Shown here: positions 13,037 through 27,142 of the stretch, one piece after another | Layout: every line of letters begins with the position of its first letter | Numbering within the stretch: the first letter of the stretch is position 1 | Source of the DNA: Macrostomum lignano | Lineage: Eukaryota | Reading direction: 5' to 3' | Assembly (NCBI GenBank): GCA_002269645.1 | Contig: NIVC01000027.1 | Span: 620,001-684,000, forward strand | DNA: 64,000 bases | The notes under the pieces: generated by a model | Databases searched by the model: none | Seen by the model: the letters and a program-made list of their open reading frames with translations, nothing else | Told to the model about the DNA's origin: nothing | Made by a program: the position numbers and the translations under genes

Positions 13037-14304
13037 ATAATTCTCCTCCGGCCACGAGTCAGCCACGGAAGGAGAGGTTTCGAAATGCACGCCTTTGGCC
13101 CGCACTTCTTAAGGTTTATTTTCAGTGCCAAGCGGAGGCTATCGCATCCCTCAGAAGCAGCTAACTGGGGGTATCGCGTCGCTCGCCCTTAAGCCTCATC
13201 TCCGCCAGATCTCTCCCACCAGATCATTAGCTTGTCTAACATCGGATCCGCTCCATGTTTACGAGGGATTTCAGGCAAACATTTTCTGTGGTTAGATACT
13301 TAGTCTTACTTATATTCTGCAGCTGGATATTTGCCACATTCTTGTGCCCGTGTATTAAAGCCATGTGTTGAGCGGTAGTTCCACTCTTATCACCTTGCCA
13401 ACTCTGACGTCCTTGGCTGCAGTCTTAAACTCTGACAAGTTCATCGTTGATCAAAGAAAAACTTAAGCCTATGGAGCCTTGATCTTTCAGAAGAGCTTTT
13501 CAATATTGCCCAGACATGGCCATCTGTCTTTTTGCAACATTCGCCTCAACAAGCGCGCGCTTGCTAACTGATATGAAAATGCTTGTTAGATATTTTGAAC
13601 GCAAAAAACATGTTCCATTAAATACGTTATATTGTTGTCCTATAAATTTATTTGTACCTGAAGTGTGCAAACTTTAATCCCATGAGTGAAATACTCTCGT
13701 ACCTAAAAAATAGCAAGTGCTTTATCGAATAAACAAATTTTCGAGAGACAAAAGCTATAATAGCAACTGCAGAGCCTGATTTACAGTATGTACATAGCAT
13801 TACAGTACACGGTATTATAGCATCTAGATAGAAGCATGCTCTCACTGGGACAAAAGTAGCGACTTATACAAGGTTGCTTTGTGCTAAAATTAAACGCAGA
13901 TAATGCAGAAAAATAGTAGACATAAGCCACGCAAACAAGACAGCCAATCGAAATTGTCTTTTACGCGATGTAAAAACAAAGCAAAAATAATGTGCATCTG
14001 TCTACTGACGACTAATGCGCGTCAGTAGAGTGTCTCGCGGGGGCCGTAAGGGAATACTGCTCTATTGAATCTGCACTAGACGAATAGGTAAACAACGGAA
14101 AAGTACAGTTTCTTTCCAACGAAACTCCTTACCCAGTTAAACAAAAATGACGAAACGCTATTGAAACCAAATCGAAGAAACAGACAAACAGACACAGAAA
14201 GACTAATGACGACATAATATTGAACTTCTCGGGAATAAAATCTACATGTGTAAATAGAGTTCGGAACTTAATAGTGGGGGAATAGTGCAGCCTGTGGGTG
14301 CACT

Positions 14305-15672
14305 TTAACCAGTCGCATTCGTGCTTGCAGTGGTCGACTGCACAGTTGTCGATGCTGCAGTCGTCATCCATGTTGTCGCTGTGGTTGATCCAGACGAAGA
14401 GGATTTCGCTGTACTGGCCAACACGATTAGCCCGATTATCAGGCCCAGAATGATGATCACCACCACTATAGTGGTTACCCTGGCAACCAGGTTGTTCTCA
14501 AGCATCTGTGCTCGCTCTCGCTCCTCTATGGTTTTGAAGCAGCCCATCAGCCGCATGTGCCGCCTTGGCCAGCACCCGTTGGTCATCTCGGCGTGGGTCT
14601 CGCAGTTCGGCTCGCCGCAGACGCTGCACGGGCCACCGGTGGTTGAGCCGGTCGCCTCCGAGCCGAGGTCAGTCACCGAGCCGGCTCCGCCGGAGTCGCC
14701 ACTACGTCTTCGACCACCAAGCGCTGTTGGCAGGCGGCCGAAGATGCGAGCGGCGAGGCTCTGTCGGCGAGATCGGGACTGAGGTGCCGCCGAGTGCATT
14801 CGGTGCTGCTGTTGCAGCTGGCGAAGGTCGACGTTCGAGTCCGGATCGATGGATGCGGCTGAGCCAGAGGCGTCGGCAGCTACGACCGAGGCCGAGGCGT
14901 CTACGCTTCGTCGGGGCTGCAGGCCGAAAAGACGTTTGAGGCGGTCGCGGAACTCCGCCTCGGCAGCGTTGTCTCCCTCTTCATCTGCGCCGTCTTCCAC
15001 AGCAGCATCAACTTCGCTGACTGCGTCCGAGGCCGGGTTCTCGTTGGAGAAGTGCACACACCGGCCTCCCGGTCGCGCATTGGACGGGTGCTCGCAGTTG
15101 CAATTCTGAGCATTCTGGCATTGCTGCTGCTGCTGCTGCTGCTGCTGCTCCTGGTCCTGCGCAGAGGAGTCCTCCGTGGACTTCACGGCGCGAACTTCTC
15201 CCAGCTCAATGCAGCCGAGCGAGGCCGTACCTTCGCTGCCAGCCGCGCCGCCAGTCTCCGCGTCCAGCGGTGTCAGGCGATCCAGGGCCGACTTCGGCGA
15301 CACTCCCGAGGTGACGGTGGTCACAGTCGACGTCGAGGATGCGGATTCGTCTGCCCCGACAGTCGCTGGCTGCGGTCCGCTGGCGGCCGGGCTGCTGTTG
15401 CCGCTCTGGTAGGCGCTCTCGTCCGAGTCAAAGCTCGCCAGCAGCTTTCTGGTGCCCTTGGCCGCTTCAGTGGACAGCGGACCGAGGCTGCCGGCTTTGC
15501 CGTTGCTGCCGCTGGGACCTGATTGAGACTCGGAGTCCGGATACACCTTGGTGACCTTGGGCTGGCGGAAAAGCAGCCGCTGGAGTGTTGGATGAGAATG
15601 AAGCTTAGTAAAATTATGCACATGCAAGGTGCGAATGGTGGCCAGGTGCGATGAACTGTTAAAGATCACCAT
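14305..15672 (-). CDS. Orphan low-complexity protein or terminal exon with one C-terminal TM helix and a short Ser/Thr-rich tail
   Basis: 455-codon GC-rich ORF with poly-Q and acidic tracts, hydrophobic VTTIVVVIIILGLIIGLIVLA, then STAKSSSSGSTTATT. A candidate acceptor (ttttccgccAG, plus 15562-15563) suggests the exon may start at 15561. No family recognised. Confidence 0.6.
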   Translation of the reverse strand: MVIFNSSSHLATIRTLHVHNFTKLHSHPTLQRLLFRQPKVTKVYPDSESQSGPSGSNGKAGSLGPLSTEAAKGTRKLLASFDSDESAYQSGNSSPAASGPQPATVGADESASSTSTVTTVTSGVSPKSALDRLTPLDAETGGAAGSEGTASLGCIELGEVRAVKSTEDSSAQDQEQQQQQQQQQCQNAQNCNCEHPSNARPGGRCVHFSNENPASDAVSEVDAAVEDGADEEGDNAAEAEFRDRLKRLFGLQPRRSVDASASVVAADASGSAASIDPDSNVDLRQLQQQHRMHSAAPQSRSRRQSLAARIFGRLPTALGGRRRSGDSGGAGSVTDLGSEATGSTTGGPCSVCGEPNCETHAEMTNGCWPRRHMRLMGCFKTIEERERAQMLENNLVARVTTIVVVIIILGLIIGLIVLASTAKSSSSGSTTATTWMTTAASTTVQSTTASTNATG

Positions 15673-15721
15673 CTGTCAGGGATTTTCATTTCGAGACTAG
15701 TCTTTTAGCTACTGTTAGCTA

Positions 15722-15905
15722 CTATTAGTGCCAGTTCGGCGTCTGTTAGTGCCATTTTGCTGTCTATTAGTGCCATTTTGCTGTCTATTAGTGCCTTTTT
15801 GCTGTCTATTAGTGCCATTTTTCTGTCTATTAGTGCCATTTTGATGTCTATTAGTGCCTTTTTGCTGTCTATTAGTGCCATTTTGCTGTCTATTAGTGCC
15901 ATTTC
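15722..15905. repeat. 21-bp tandem repeat (TATTAGTGCCATTTTGCTGTC), about 8 copies
   Basis: Direct reading; 7-aa ORF periodicity. Confidence 0.95.
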
Positions 15906-16765
15906 AGCGACTTTCAGTGCCATTTCGGCGTCCTTAGTTTCATTTGTCACCTAGCGCTACTGAAGTTTTACAACTTACTGCCATTTACACATCTTTTTTT
16001 CAGTAATTTTGATGTTGACAAGTGCATAAAAAATTGTCAATCAAAGAAGATAAAAAGCTATTTTTGCAAAAGCCTTGAGCGCGTTTTAAATTCTGTATCC
16101 ATCCACTGCTTCTTTCCTGCTGTACTGCCTGCCCTCCTAGGCGCTTAACCTTCCCCCATAACTCCCCTCTTTCTCTCCGATGACGATAAATAAATTGGTA
16201 ACAATTCCATTCGCCGTCAGACTCTCTGCAGCAAAACAATGCTTGGCTGCTGCGGCTAAAAGCAAAAAAACAGCCTTCAATTCTGCAGATCTATTGTTGA
16301 ACCCCTGGCCCAGAGAATAAAAGCAATTTAAAATAATTCCTAATAACAGATTAGAGTGCCTTCATCGGCCCAGCAGCCTCGAAATGCCGTTGAAATTGGG
16401 GCTTGGTTTCCAATTAAATTGCGAGCTGCAAAAATTAAAATTTCAGCCGACTAGTCTAGAGCAGTTTTATTTATAATTAACGGCGAAGCTAATAAAAAAA
16501 TCTTCTAATAATCTTGTGCTCAAGAATAACGATTCAAAATTCAAAGATTTCAGCAACGAACGACCCATGGGAGCGCCAGGTTGATTGAAAATCTGAATAT
16601 TATTCAGACAAACGTGCCTGGATGCTGGTGCCTTGCAAGATCTGACAGAAAGAAAGCCTTGAAAACTAAGTTTTGTTAGCTAAGAACTCTGGTATTCAGC
16701 TGTGAGGCTCAAACGAAGTTCCTGATGATAAATTCATAGATTAGAATCATTCCAACAAGTGCAAA

Positions 16766-16928
16766 TGCACAGTGAAGTGCACTTGTCTAATGATTAATGA
16801 AGTTAGGGCCGCTGTACACTCCTGTGTGAGTGTGTGCCCTGTGCGTGTGACTGCCGGCGGAATGGGCAGCAATGCCTCTCGCCGGCTGTGTGACAATGTC
16901 GCTAGAAGTGCATCAGGGTGCGCACAGG
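16766..16928 (+). mobile_element. SINE-like repeat, copy C (5'-truncated)
   Basis: GCACAGTGAAGTGCAC...GGAATGGGCAGCAATGCCTCTCGCCGGCTGTGTGACAATGTCGCT matches copies A and B. Confidence 0.7.
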
Positions 16929-18183
16929 ACGTCAATTCGGTGACAAACCCTTCAAACTGGGTCCCAGCGGTGGAGCAGCTTCTATGCTTTTTGGAGATTT
17001 GTCAGTGCAAACTTTTTTTTCAAGTTTTTTTAATGCATCATCATTTTATATGGTTTTTCCAGTGGGTGAGTGGGTAAGCGCTTTGGATTGTCTGCACTTT
17101 TAGGCAGAAACAACCACTAAACTCATCAAAGTTGCTGCCAGTACTTCCGACACAAAATAATTCATGCTGCAAAGTCTGGGCCAATGCAGTCACAAGCTAG
17201 CGGATTTGTATTCAGGTATAAACCATTGATCAGCCAACTTTATAAATAAATTGATAGATTTACTTTCTAAAAAACCGATTGTGAAATTTATTGAAAATTT
17301 TGGATACCTTCTTGAGAGCTTTCACCTGACATGCACTATTAATATTCCTGCTTCTCTGCGTCCGGACCAGCAGTTTCACCCTCAATTAATCAATATTTTA
17401 ATTTCGCGGATCCCCATACAGAGGCCACCCAACTGGAGCAGCAGCCATCCCAGCTAAATACTCAGGTGCTCCTTCTCAACTCTTCAAACCTCACTTTCAT
17501 CCACCAATCCGCTGGTAATGACGCCACGCTGCTGCAGGGCTGGGGGAGCCTGTCACGTCACAGGCACGCTGCAGTCATCGATAGCCGATAGGGTGGGAAA
17601 AAAGTAAAGTTTTCTATGCCATTACACGTTGGCCTGAAAACAATTGATTTCAGACAGTCTTCAGGCTGGCAGCCAGGTAAATAAAGTAGAACGTGTAAGG
17701 CCTTCAATAGCTACTTAGGCCCAGCTACATGCATTCAGCTTCCCTCCGCCTATTGTTCCCCAGCCAGCAGAGCTGCTAAAAGTCCACTCTTTGCTCCGCT
17801 TCCCAGTTTTACCTCCAACTAATTTCTCTGCCCGTTGCAGTCTTCCCCGTCTCTCTCAGCCTGAGCAGACGGGCTGGAGCTCAGGTGAGGCGAGGCAGCC
17901 GGGACCCGCCGTGCGTTATTTAAGGCGGCGGATATTAAAACCCGTCAACCGGTTTCAAGAGTGCCGTTTGAATTTCTGCTTACTGCACTCGGCTTCAACT
18001 CTACGAGCTTTCTAGGTGCAAACCCGTTGTCTCAATTTTCTATTTATGGCTTCCAAATGCTAAGTTTACAGCACATTTTGAGTGCTTGATACGTACCAGT
18101 GCACACTATTAAGCACAAGGGATAACATAGAAATGCCGTGAGTTTCAACACGAAAAAACGTTATTTCTATAAACCTACTTGCG

Positions 18184-18575
18184 TCACAGCTCTCCCGGCA
18201 GCCATCACAGCTCTCCCGGCAGCCATCAAGCTCTCCCGGCAGCCATCAAGCTCTCCCGGCAGCCATCAAGCTCTCCCGGCAGCCATCAAGCTCTCCCGGC
18301 AGCCATCAAGCTCTCCCGGCAGCCATCAAGCTCTCCCGGCAGCCATCACAGCTCTCCCGGCAGCCATCAAGCTCTCCCGGCAGCCATCAAGCTCTCCCGG
18401 CAGCCATCACAGCTCTCCCGGCAGCCATCAAGCTCTCCCGGCAGCCATCAAGCTCTCCCGGCAGCCATCACAGCTCTCCCGGCAGCCATCACAGCTCTCC
18501 CGGCAGCCATCACAGCTCTCCCGGCAGCCATCAAGCTCTCCCGGCAGCCATCAAGCTCTCCCGGCAGCCATCACC
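18184..18575. repeat. ~20-bp tandem repeat (AGCTCTCCCGGCAGCCATCA)
   Basis: Direct reading. Confidence 0.96.
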
Positions 18576-19429
18576 TCTGAACTAACCTGGCTTAATTCCC
18601 ATTTTTATATGAAAACGTACCTAATGAACTTATAATCTCCATGCGTATTAAATAGCACAGGCGCTAGCATTCCGTACAATAGTGCAGAGTGCTGATGCAG
18701 CCTAGGACGCTTATCCTGATGCGAGCCTGAGCAACTGCTCACACCGGCTGCGGGATGACGCTGAGCAATGCGGGTGGGTCTGAGAGAAGCCGCGGCGCCA
18801 AGACACGACGGCCAAATCCCTTAGATGGATGGCCTCGCCGTGTGGAAAAAGTGCGGCCTTTACATGCGCCATCCGCCCAACGCACACACAGCTGAGGCCT
18901 TGGCAACAGAGAGCGAGTGAATGCGAGTCAGAGTGCCTCCCCCCCCCACAATGCGATGCTGCACCAGCTCTGGCTTTTTTTTCAAGGGAAGGCGGTCGGG
19001 TCTTTCTCAATTGTTAATCTGAGCGCATTGACGAATGCAGATTTCCTTCTTTGGTTGGGCATGGATAGAGGGGGCAGCGTTGAAAAACGAGAGGAGCTTT
19101 GAGAATCTGAGAGCAGAGATGGAGCTGGATTCTCTCCCAAACCGACTCTGCTGGGCTCAGCTGCTTCCTGCGAGTGACAATGAGATGAAAAAGGAAAGGG
19201 AGTAAAATTTTAAGCAGAGAAAAAATACTTTTTTTGTCAGACAACACCTGGTTGTGGGTGCAGTTGCTGGTGCGAGAAAGCAGATGAGGATTTGAGAATT
19301 TCCGAAATATGCAGGTGGGATTTCTTGTTCTTTAATTCATCCAAATCTGGTGTCCACCGTCTTGTAGGCTCCGAGCGTGGCTTATTTCTTGGAAGAGTCT
19401 AAGAGAGCTCTCATTGGTAGAAGGTGCGA

Positions 19430-20390
19430 AATCATTGATGGAACTGAACTCTCAACCCTGAAGTCATTGATGGAACTGAACTCTCACCCCTGAAATCATT
19501 GATGGAACTGAACTCTCACCCCTGAAATCATTGATGGAACTGAACTCTCACCCCTTAAATCATTGGTGGAACTGAACTCTCACCCCTGAAGTCATTGATG
19601 GAACTGAACTCTCACCCCTGAAGTCATTGATGGAACTGAACTCTCACCCCTGAAGTCATTGATGGAACTGAACTCTCACCCCTGAAATCATTGATGGAAC
19701 TGAACTCTCACCCCTGAAGTCTCATCCCTGAAATAATTAATGGAACTGAACTCTCACCCCTGAAGTCTCATCCCTGAAATCATTGATGGAACTGAACTCT
19801 CACCCCTGAACTCTCACCCCTGAAATCATTGATGGAACTGAACTCTCACCCCTGAAATCATTGATGGAACTGAACTCTCACCCCTGAAGTCTCTTCCCTG
19901 AAATCATTGATGGAACTGAACTCTCACCCCTGAAGTCATTGATGGAACTGAACTCTCACCCCTGAAGTCTCTTCCCTGAAATCATTGATGGAACTGAACT
20001 CTCAACCCTGAAATCATTGATGGAACTGAACTCTCACCCCTGAAGTCATTGATGGAACTGAACTCTCATCCCTGAAATCATTGATGGAACTGAACTCTCA
20101 CCCCTGAAGTCATTGATGGAACTGAACTCTCACCCCTGAAGTCTCTTCCCTGAAATCATTGATGGAACTGAACTCTCACCCCTGAAGTCTCTTCCCTGAA
20201 ATCATTGATGGAACTGAACTTTCACCCCTAAAATCATTGATAGAACTGAACTCTCACCCCTGAAATCATTGATGGAACTGAACTCTCACCCCTGAAGTCT
20301 CACCCCTGAAATCATTGATGGAACTGAACTCTTACCCCTGAAGTCTCACCCCTGAAATCACTGATAGAACTGAACTCACACCCCATAAAA
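19430..20390. repeat. 32-bp minisatellite (GAAATCATTGATGGAACTGAACTCTCACCCCT) with 14-bp sub-duplications
   Basis: Direct reading. Confidence 0.95.
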
Positions 20391-20761
20391 CTACTGATAG
20401 AGTAAAAACTTCACCCAATGAATCTCATCCTAGGAGATAAATGTCATCCCAGGTGTGTTCTGTTTCAAGCTACCTTGTTTACCTACTCAAGCAGCTTTTC
20501 TTTCCGGAAGGACAGAAGAACCGTTCACGCACTCTGCCCTAGTTGAATCCCACAGGACTCGCTGTTTCCGACTTCCCATGCCCTGTCAACTCAATCAATC
20601 AATCAGTCAATCAATCAGTTTTTCTGAGGTCTGATAGCTAAGCATGGATTAGTCATTGGACAATTGAAAAGTAGAAAGTAATGTAGCAAGAGAACTGGTA
20701 TTATACTGCGATCAACACATGCTGCTGGAAGTGAAGGACGAAAATCTCAACAAAAAACTCA

Positions 20762-20870
20762 TGGGGCCAACCCCTTAGGCACAGAAGTGTACATCTCTGA
20801 CGATTAGAAAGTCAGGGCCGCTGTGCTCGTCAGAGGAATGGGCAGAATATTGCCTCTCAGCTCTGGTCCC
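20762..20870 (+). mobile_element. SINE-like repeat, copy D (diverged fragment)
   Basis: GGGGCCAACCCCTTAGGCACAGAAGTGTACAT...GGAATGGGCAGAAT. Confidence 0.55.
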
Positions 20871-21432
20871 ACTGCGTTCCAGGCGAGCTTTGCAACCAGC
20901 TTTGCCGGACAGGCAACAGTCGAAAACACTCAAGTAAAGAGATGGCAGATGTCAATCCAACTATCAATTAAATTTTAATGCAATATCCGGTAGCAGCTGC
21001 ATTTTAGCGACATCAAGTAGACTTGAATTAATCACAGAAAGGCTTCATCACTTACTGGCCATTTGTCCCCAGATCAATTGCTGGAACTGTTTAGACGGAA
21101 CATGCAGAGAAGAAACAGCAAATTGATTGGACACAGGTGCGAGCAAAACACTTTAGAAATGGTGAATATTTCAGCAGCAGGTTCTCTTGATAAAAGAATT
21201 GTCCAGTTTCTTAATTAGACCAGTCAGTTAGCTAAGAGCATCTATGAAACCTTGTGACGACTCAGAAACAAGAAAATGTTATTATTCTTCTCCCGATACA
21301 CTTCTAGTATGACGATCAAATCAAGTGTAGTAGAAGGTGCGCCACTATCCAAGTGGGAAAATAAAAGTTTGTGGCCATTAGGCAAACATTCAGTTACCTG
21401 TAAGCCAGATTACATGTATGTTCTGAGGATAT

Positions 21433-22215
21433 CAGAACAGGTATCAGAGAACCAGAACAGGTATCAAGGTGCCAGAACAGGTATCATGGTAACCAGAACA
21501 GGTATCAGGGTACCAGAACAGGTATCAAGGTGCCAGAACAGGTATCAAGGTGCCAAAACAGGTATCAAGGTGCCAGAACAGGTATCAGGGAAACCAGAAC
21601 AGGTGTCAGGGTACCAGAACAGGTATCAAGGTGCCAGAACAGGTATCAAGGTGCCAGAACAGGTATCAAGGTGCCAGACACAGGTATCAAGGTGCCAGAA
21701 CAGGTATCAAGGTGCCAGAACAGGCATCAAGGTGCCAGAACACGTATCAAGGTGCCAGAACAGGTATCAGGGAAACCAGAACAGGTATCATGGTAACCAG
21801 AACAGGTATCAGGGAACCAGAACAGGTATCAGGGTACCAGAACAGGTGTCAGGGTACCAGAACAGGTATCAAGGTGCCAGAACAGGTATCAAGGTGCCAG
21901 AACACGTATCAAGGTGCCAGAACAGGTATCATGGTAACCAGAACAGGCATCATGGTAACCAGAACAGGTACGAGTATAAGGGAACCAGGACAGTTATCAG
22001 GGAACCAGAACAGGTATCAGGGAACCAGGACAGTTATCAGGGAACCAGAACAGGTATCATGGTAACCAGAACAGGTATCATGGTAACCAGAACAGGTATC
22101 ATGGTAACCAGAACAGGTATCAAGGTGTTAGAACAGGTATCAAGGTGCCAGAAAAGGTATCATGGTAACCAAAACAGGTATCATGGTAACCAGAACAGGT
22201 ATCAGGGTTACCAAA
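21433..22215. repeat. 20/21-bp minisatellite (CCAGAACAGGTATCAAGGTG and variants)
   Basis: Direct reading. Confidence 0.95.
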
Positions 22216-22974
22216 ACATTATTGAAACGACATTATTACAAGTTGATTAAAAAAAACTTCAGCACATTCAGTAGGACTGCCACACCAAGCCGCTAGCACA
22301 GCACAACTAGGACAATAAAACTCCAGTTCTGTCTTGATTAGGAAAGCAAAACTCAGAACGCAGAACGCGTCCAATTTCTATTGACAATTGGCCGTTATCA
22401 TCAAAATAAGTTTTTACTGCCAGACACACAGAGAGCGTCAGTCAGTCAATGCCAGATGCGTTGACAAATATTTTATTAGGGCCACAGCAGGAAATGACAC
22501 TGAATCCGTTGAAAAGTCCGTCCGTCTCCCCCAGCAACTATCGGTAATTCTACTCTTAATTCAGGCCTCTCAAAATCTAAATTTACCTTAGCCCGCCGAG
22601 ACCTACCCATGAGTACAGCAGGAGAACAAATATACGAGTTGCTGTGGGATCAGGGGTTTTTTTAGCAGGAAGCGAGGAAGAGAGAAGAGCTGCTCCGAGA
22701 TCCGGTCTCCAATTGAATAAATTATTCAGAGTCTCACTCAGAGTCGGGACGCACTTTGAAGACTCAGCTACCAGCTCAAAACTCTCATAAGAAGGAAAAG
22801 TGGATGACATGCAGGTCCTGCAGCTCACAGGGAAAGTAAAAAAGCACATGCAGCATTCGCACACAGGACCTCGCAATCGCAAAATCGTCATCAAAATTTC
22901 TAATCCACGAGTTAACGACAGAGAAGTGCTCAGCGATGGTATTACATACCATCAGCCGGCAGCTCGGTAACTCA

Positions 22975-23135
22975 ATCACTCACTCAGCCACTCAATACCT
23001 AACTCAGATACTCACTTAGTCTCTTACTCACTCACTCAGTCATTCACTCTGTCAATCAGTCCCTCACTCAGCAACACAGTAGCTGAGTTACTCAGTCACT
23101 CAATCAGACACTCACTAGCTACTCACTCAAAACAC
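22975..23135. repeat. Degenerate (CACT)n low-complexity tract
   Basis: ACTCA/CACT-rich run. Confidence 0.7.
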
Positions 23136-23754
23136 TTCTACAACTGCCAGTAACATCCCCTTTTTGACCCACTCATTGACATGGGTTAATAACGCTCATC
23201 GAACGTTGATATTACGAGCACGTCAATCATATTCAGAACGCAGTTAGTACTCGTATAAATTTATAAGCAATTGACAGACTAATCGCTAGACTAGCACCAT
23301 CCACTGCATTCCTCTAGTCTCAGAGGAAAGACAGAGGCGGCAGTGAGACCGCGTGTTCAAACACTTCTGTCAACCCTATTGGCACCTGCAGAGACACTGC
23401 AGTTCAGCCTTCGAAAGTGAAAGCAATTGATGGATATTTAAACTTCATTTCTATATTAATGTAGTTTTTTTATTCTTTGATTGCGAAAATATTTATATTG
23501 AAAATGAAAATCCAAAGACAGAGACCGATTGATGTGAGTTTTCATTTCTCTTTTTTCGAGAAATGATTGACAGATAGAATAAAGCATAGCTTGGGGGGGA
23601 ACCAAGACAAAGAGTGCATCGAAGAGGACAGTGAGAGGACTCAGAAAGATGGAGCATCGGCAAATGGAATGCTTGGCACAGCAGCAGTTGAACTTTTACT
23701 TAAGATAAATTGGATCTGATGGCTTTTATTCAGTTTACGTTTCTTTCAGTCAAT

Positions 23755-25004
<1,250 letters not shown>

Positions 25005-26989
25005 GATCTGTCTTTCCGCCTTTCTGCCGAAATTTCAATTACACAAACCGGTAATGCACAGACTTCCACTCACCTTTGCCACCATAGACCTGGTGGTGGA
25101 GTTCTGTCCTCCTGTATTGGACATCACGGACGGATCGCTTCAAGGCGAACACTGATTGCAGGCGGCTCTCTTGCAGTTAACAGCGGCAGTCCAGGCGTGC
25201 AGCGCTGGCCACGGGCATCGGGAGAAACCGGAGAGGCGTGACGTCAGATTCACAGCGCGTCTCTTGTCAGCCTGCTCCAGACAATTCAACGGCTAAGATG
25301 GGCGGCCAGGCAAAATTGAAGAAGAGAAGGCGATGGAGGAGAGGAGGTCGCCTAGCTCAGCTTCTCATGAAGTGGCGGACCATCTCAGCGAAACCGGCTG
25401 GGTTGCCAGGCGATGGCAACTTTCCCATTTCTATCGCCCTCTCGCCGCTTGTCCGCCTGTCTCTGTCCGTCTGTCTGGCCTCGGCGAATGGGAGCTTGCG
25501 GCGAACCTCCCCTCCCCTCCCCTTTCCCCTCTATGTGATGCAGCATTATTTTAAGAGCCAAAATTCAGAACCGATAATTCTGGTTGGCTAACAGCCCATT
25601 CTTCTCCATCCTACTCAATCCTATAGCTCACCTATAGCTCACTCCCTCACGTACTTCCAGGTTCAAGCTTTAAACAGCCACTCAGATATCATTGTGTCAG
25701 CATCGAGACGTATAGACTGTCCTCGGAGTGGCAGAGACAGGAATGAGATACCGGCCTTCTCAGGGCTCTCTCTACATCTCAGTTCTAAACTCAAACATTT
25801 CATATATTCTAGTGAAGAAAATTTAGATTGTAAAAATATTGCGTATTTATCTAATCGATAAAATCGTTTTTTCGTTATTTCTCCACAAATATCTCGCAGG
25901 TTTGTAGCTTCTAAAATAAAAACATTGGTTTAGGGAACACGTGATATTCTAGGACATGACACAACATCAAAATCTGAGGCACTGAGAGTTGATGCGACCT
26001 ACCAGCTGGAGTTGCCGATGCATTGATGACTCGCTTGTCACAGATCTTAAAGGCGGAATGCTCTTGCTTGATACATACGGGACGCAATCTTCAATGACAA
26101 ACATGAGACCTTTAATAACTCTAAAAAAAACGAAATACAACACAAGCAAGCCCAAATCCTCGTGGAATTCAGAAACCAGACCGCTGAGGTAATTAAAAAT
26201 TCTGACATGATGTGCTTAAAAAAACTGTCGTATAAATATTGTAATAAAAGGAAACAGATTTTATTTATCGATGAAATTATTCATCAACTTAAAATGAGAC
26301 ACTTAAAATTAAAAAATATATTCGATTTAAGCCGAGAACAACAGTCTATTTACCTCTAATCCTACCTTAGAGACACCTGAAAAGTTCTATGGAACCTACG
26401 AGTTTTAGAGCTCAAGAGCGAACTCCGCCCCTTTTGGCAACTTTGAAAATAAAAATGCCAAGCTGTACTTCGTCTGCCACTGCCCGGCCTTCAACCGAGA
26501 CCGGCTCAACTACCTCGGGAGCAACCGTCCATGGACGATGCCTGCCCCAACCCTCCCTCGAGTTCCTCGGGGGTCGCCAGACGAGTCTTCACCACCGGCA
26601 GGGAGGTTCGGCAGAACGGCAAAACAGGGTTTGCAAACGTTTTACCTGAAGTGCCGGATGCAGAATCTAGCGCATGACTGCGGGCGATAAGAGGTGAGAG
26701 AGGAGTGGAATAGGAGAGAGAAGAGGAGACAGCAGATAGGGGAGAGGAGAGGAGATGAGAGAAGGAATAAGAGAGAAGGGAGAGGAAAGGAGATAAGAGA
26801 AGGGAGAGATAGGAAAGGAGATGAGAGAGAAGAGAGCAGAGAGGAGACAAACTTTGAGAGAGCCGGATTGCTATTGCGAAGTTTAGAATGGCGTAGCGCC
26901 TTCCACAACATGGTCTCCTTCAGCGACATGGTCTCCTTCAGCGACATGGTCTCCTTCAGCGACATGGTCTCGCAACCAGCTCTGGGGCA

Positions 26990-27142
26990 AAATTCTGCCA
27001 TTCCGCTGACTCCCGAGCGCTAACAGACGCGCCAATACTGCACGCAGGCAGGCACTCACACACGCTCAGAATGGGTGTACAGCGGTGGCCCTGACTGTCT
27101 AACCATCAGGCATGTACACTGTGTGCCTTGGGGGTTGGCCCC
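26990..27142 (-). mobile_element. SINE-like repeat, copy E
   Basis: The reverse complement gives GGGGCCAACCCCCAAGGCACACAGTGTACATGCC...GGGAGTCAGCGGAATGGCAGAATT. Confidence 0.65.

Noticed and set aside
13040-13560. Possible non-LTR retroelement 3' end with a (TTG)n tail on the minus strand
   Set aside because: No RT or endonuclease-like frame could be read; the adjacent microsatellite alone is not enough.
14321-15623. Overlapping plus-strand and alternative-frame ORFs over the 455-aa ORF, and over the kinesin, ANK and kinase exons
   Set aside because: Shadow ORFs typical of GC-rich coding sequence.
25405-25495. HDV-like ribozyme hint (TTCCCA ... GGCGAATGGGAG)
   Set aside because: A P2 helix is possible, but I could not build P3/L3/P1.1 with the correct spacing. 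An Infernal or RNArobo search would be decisive.
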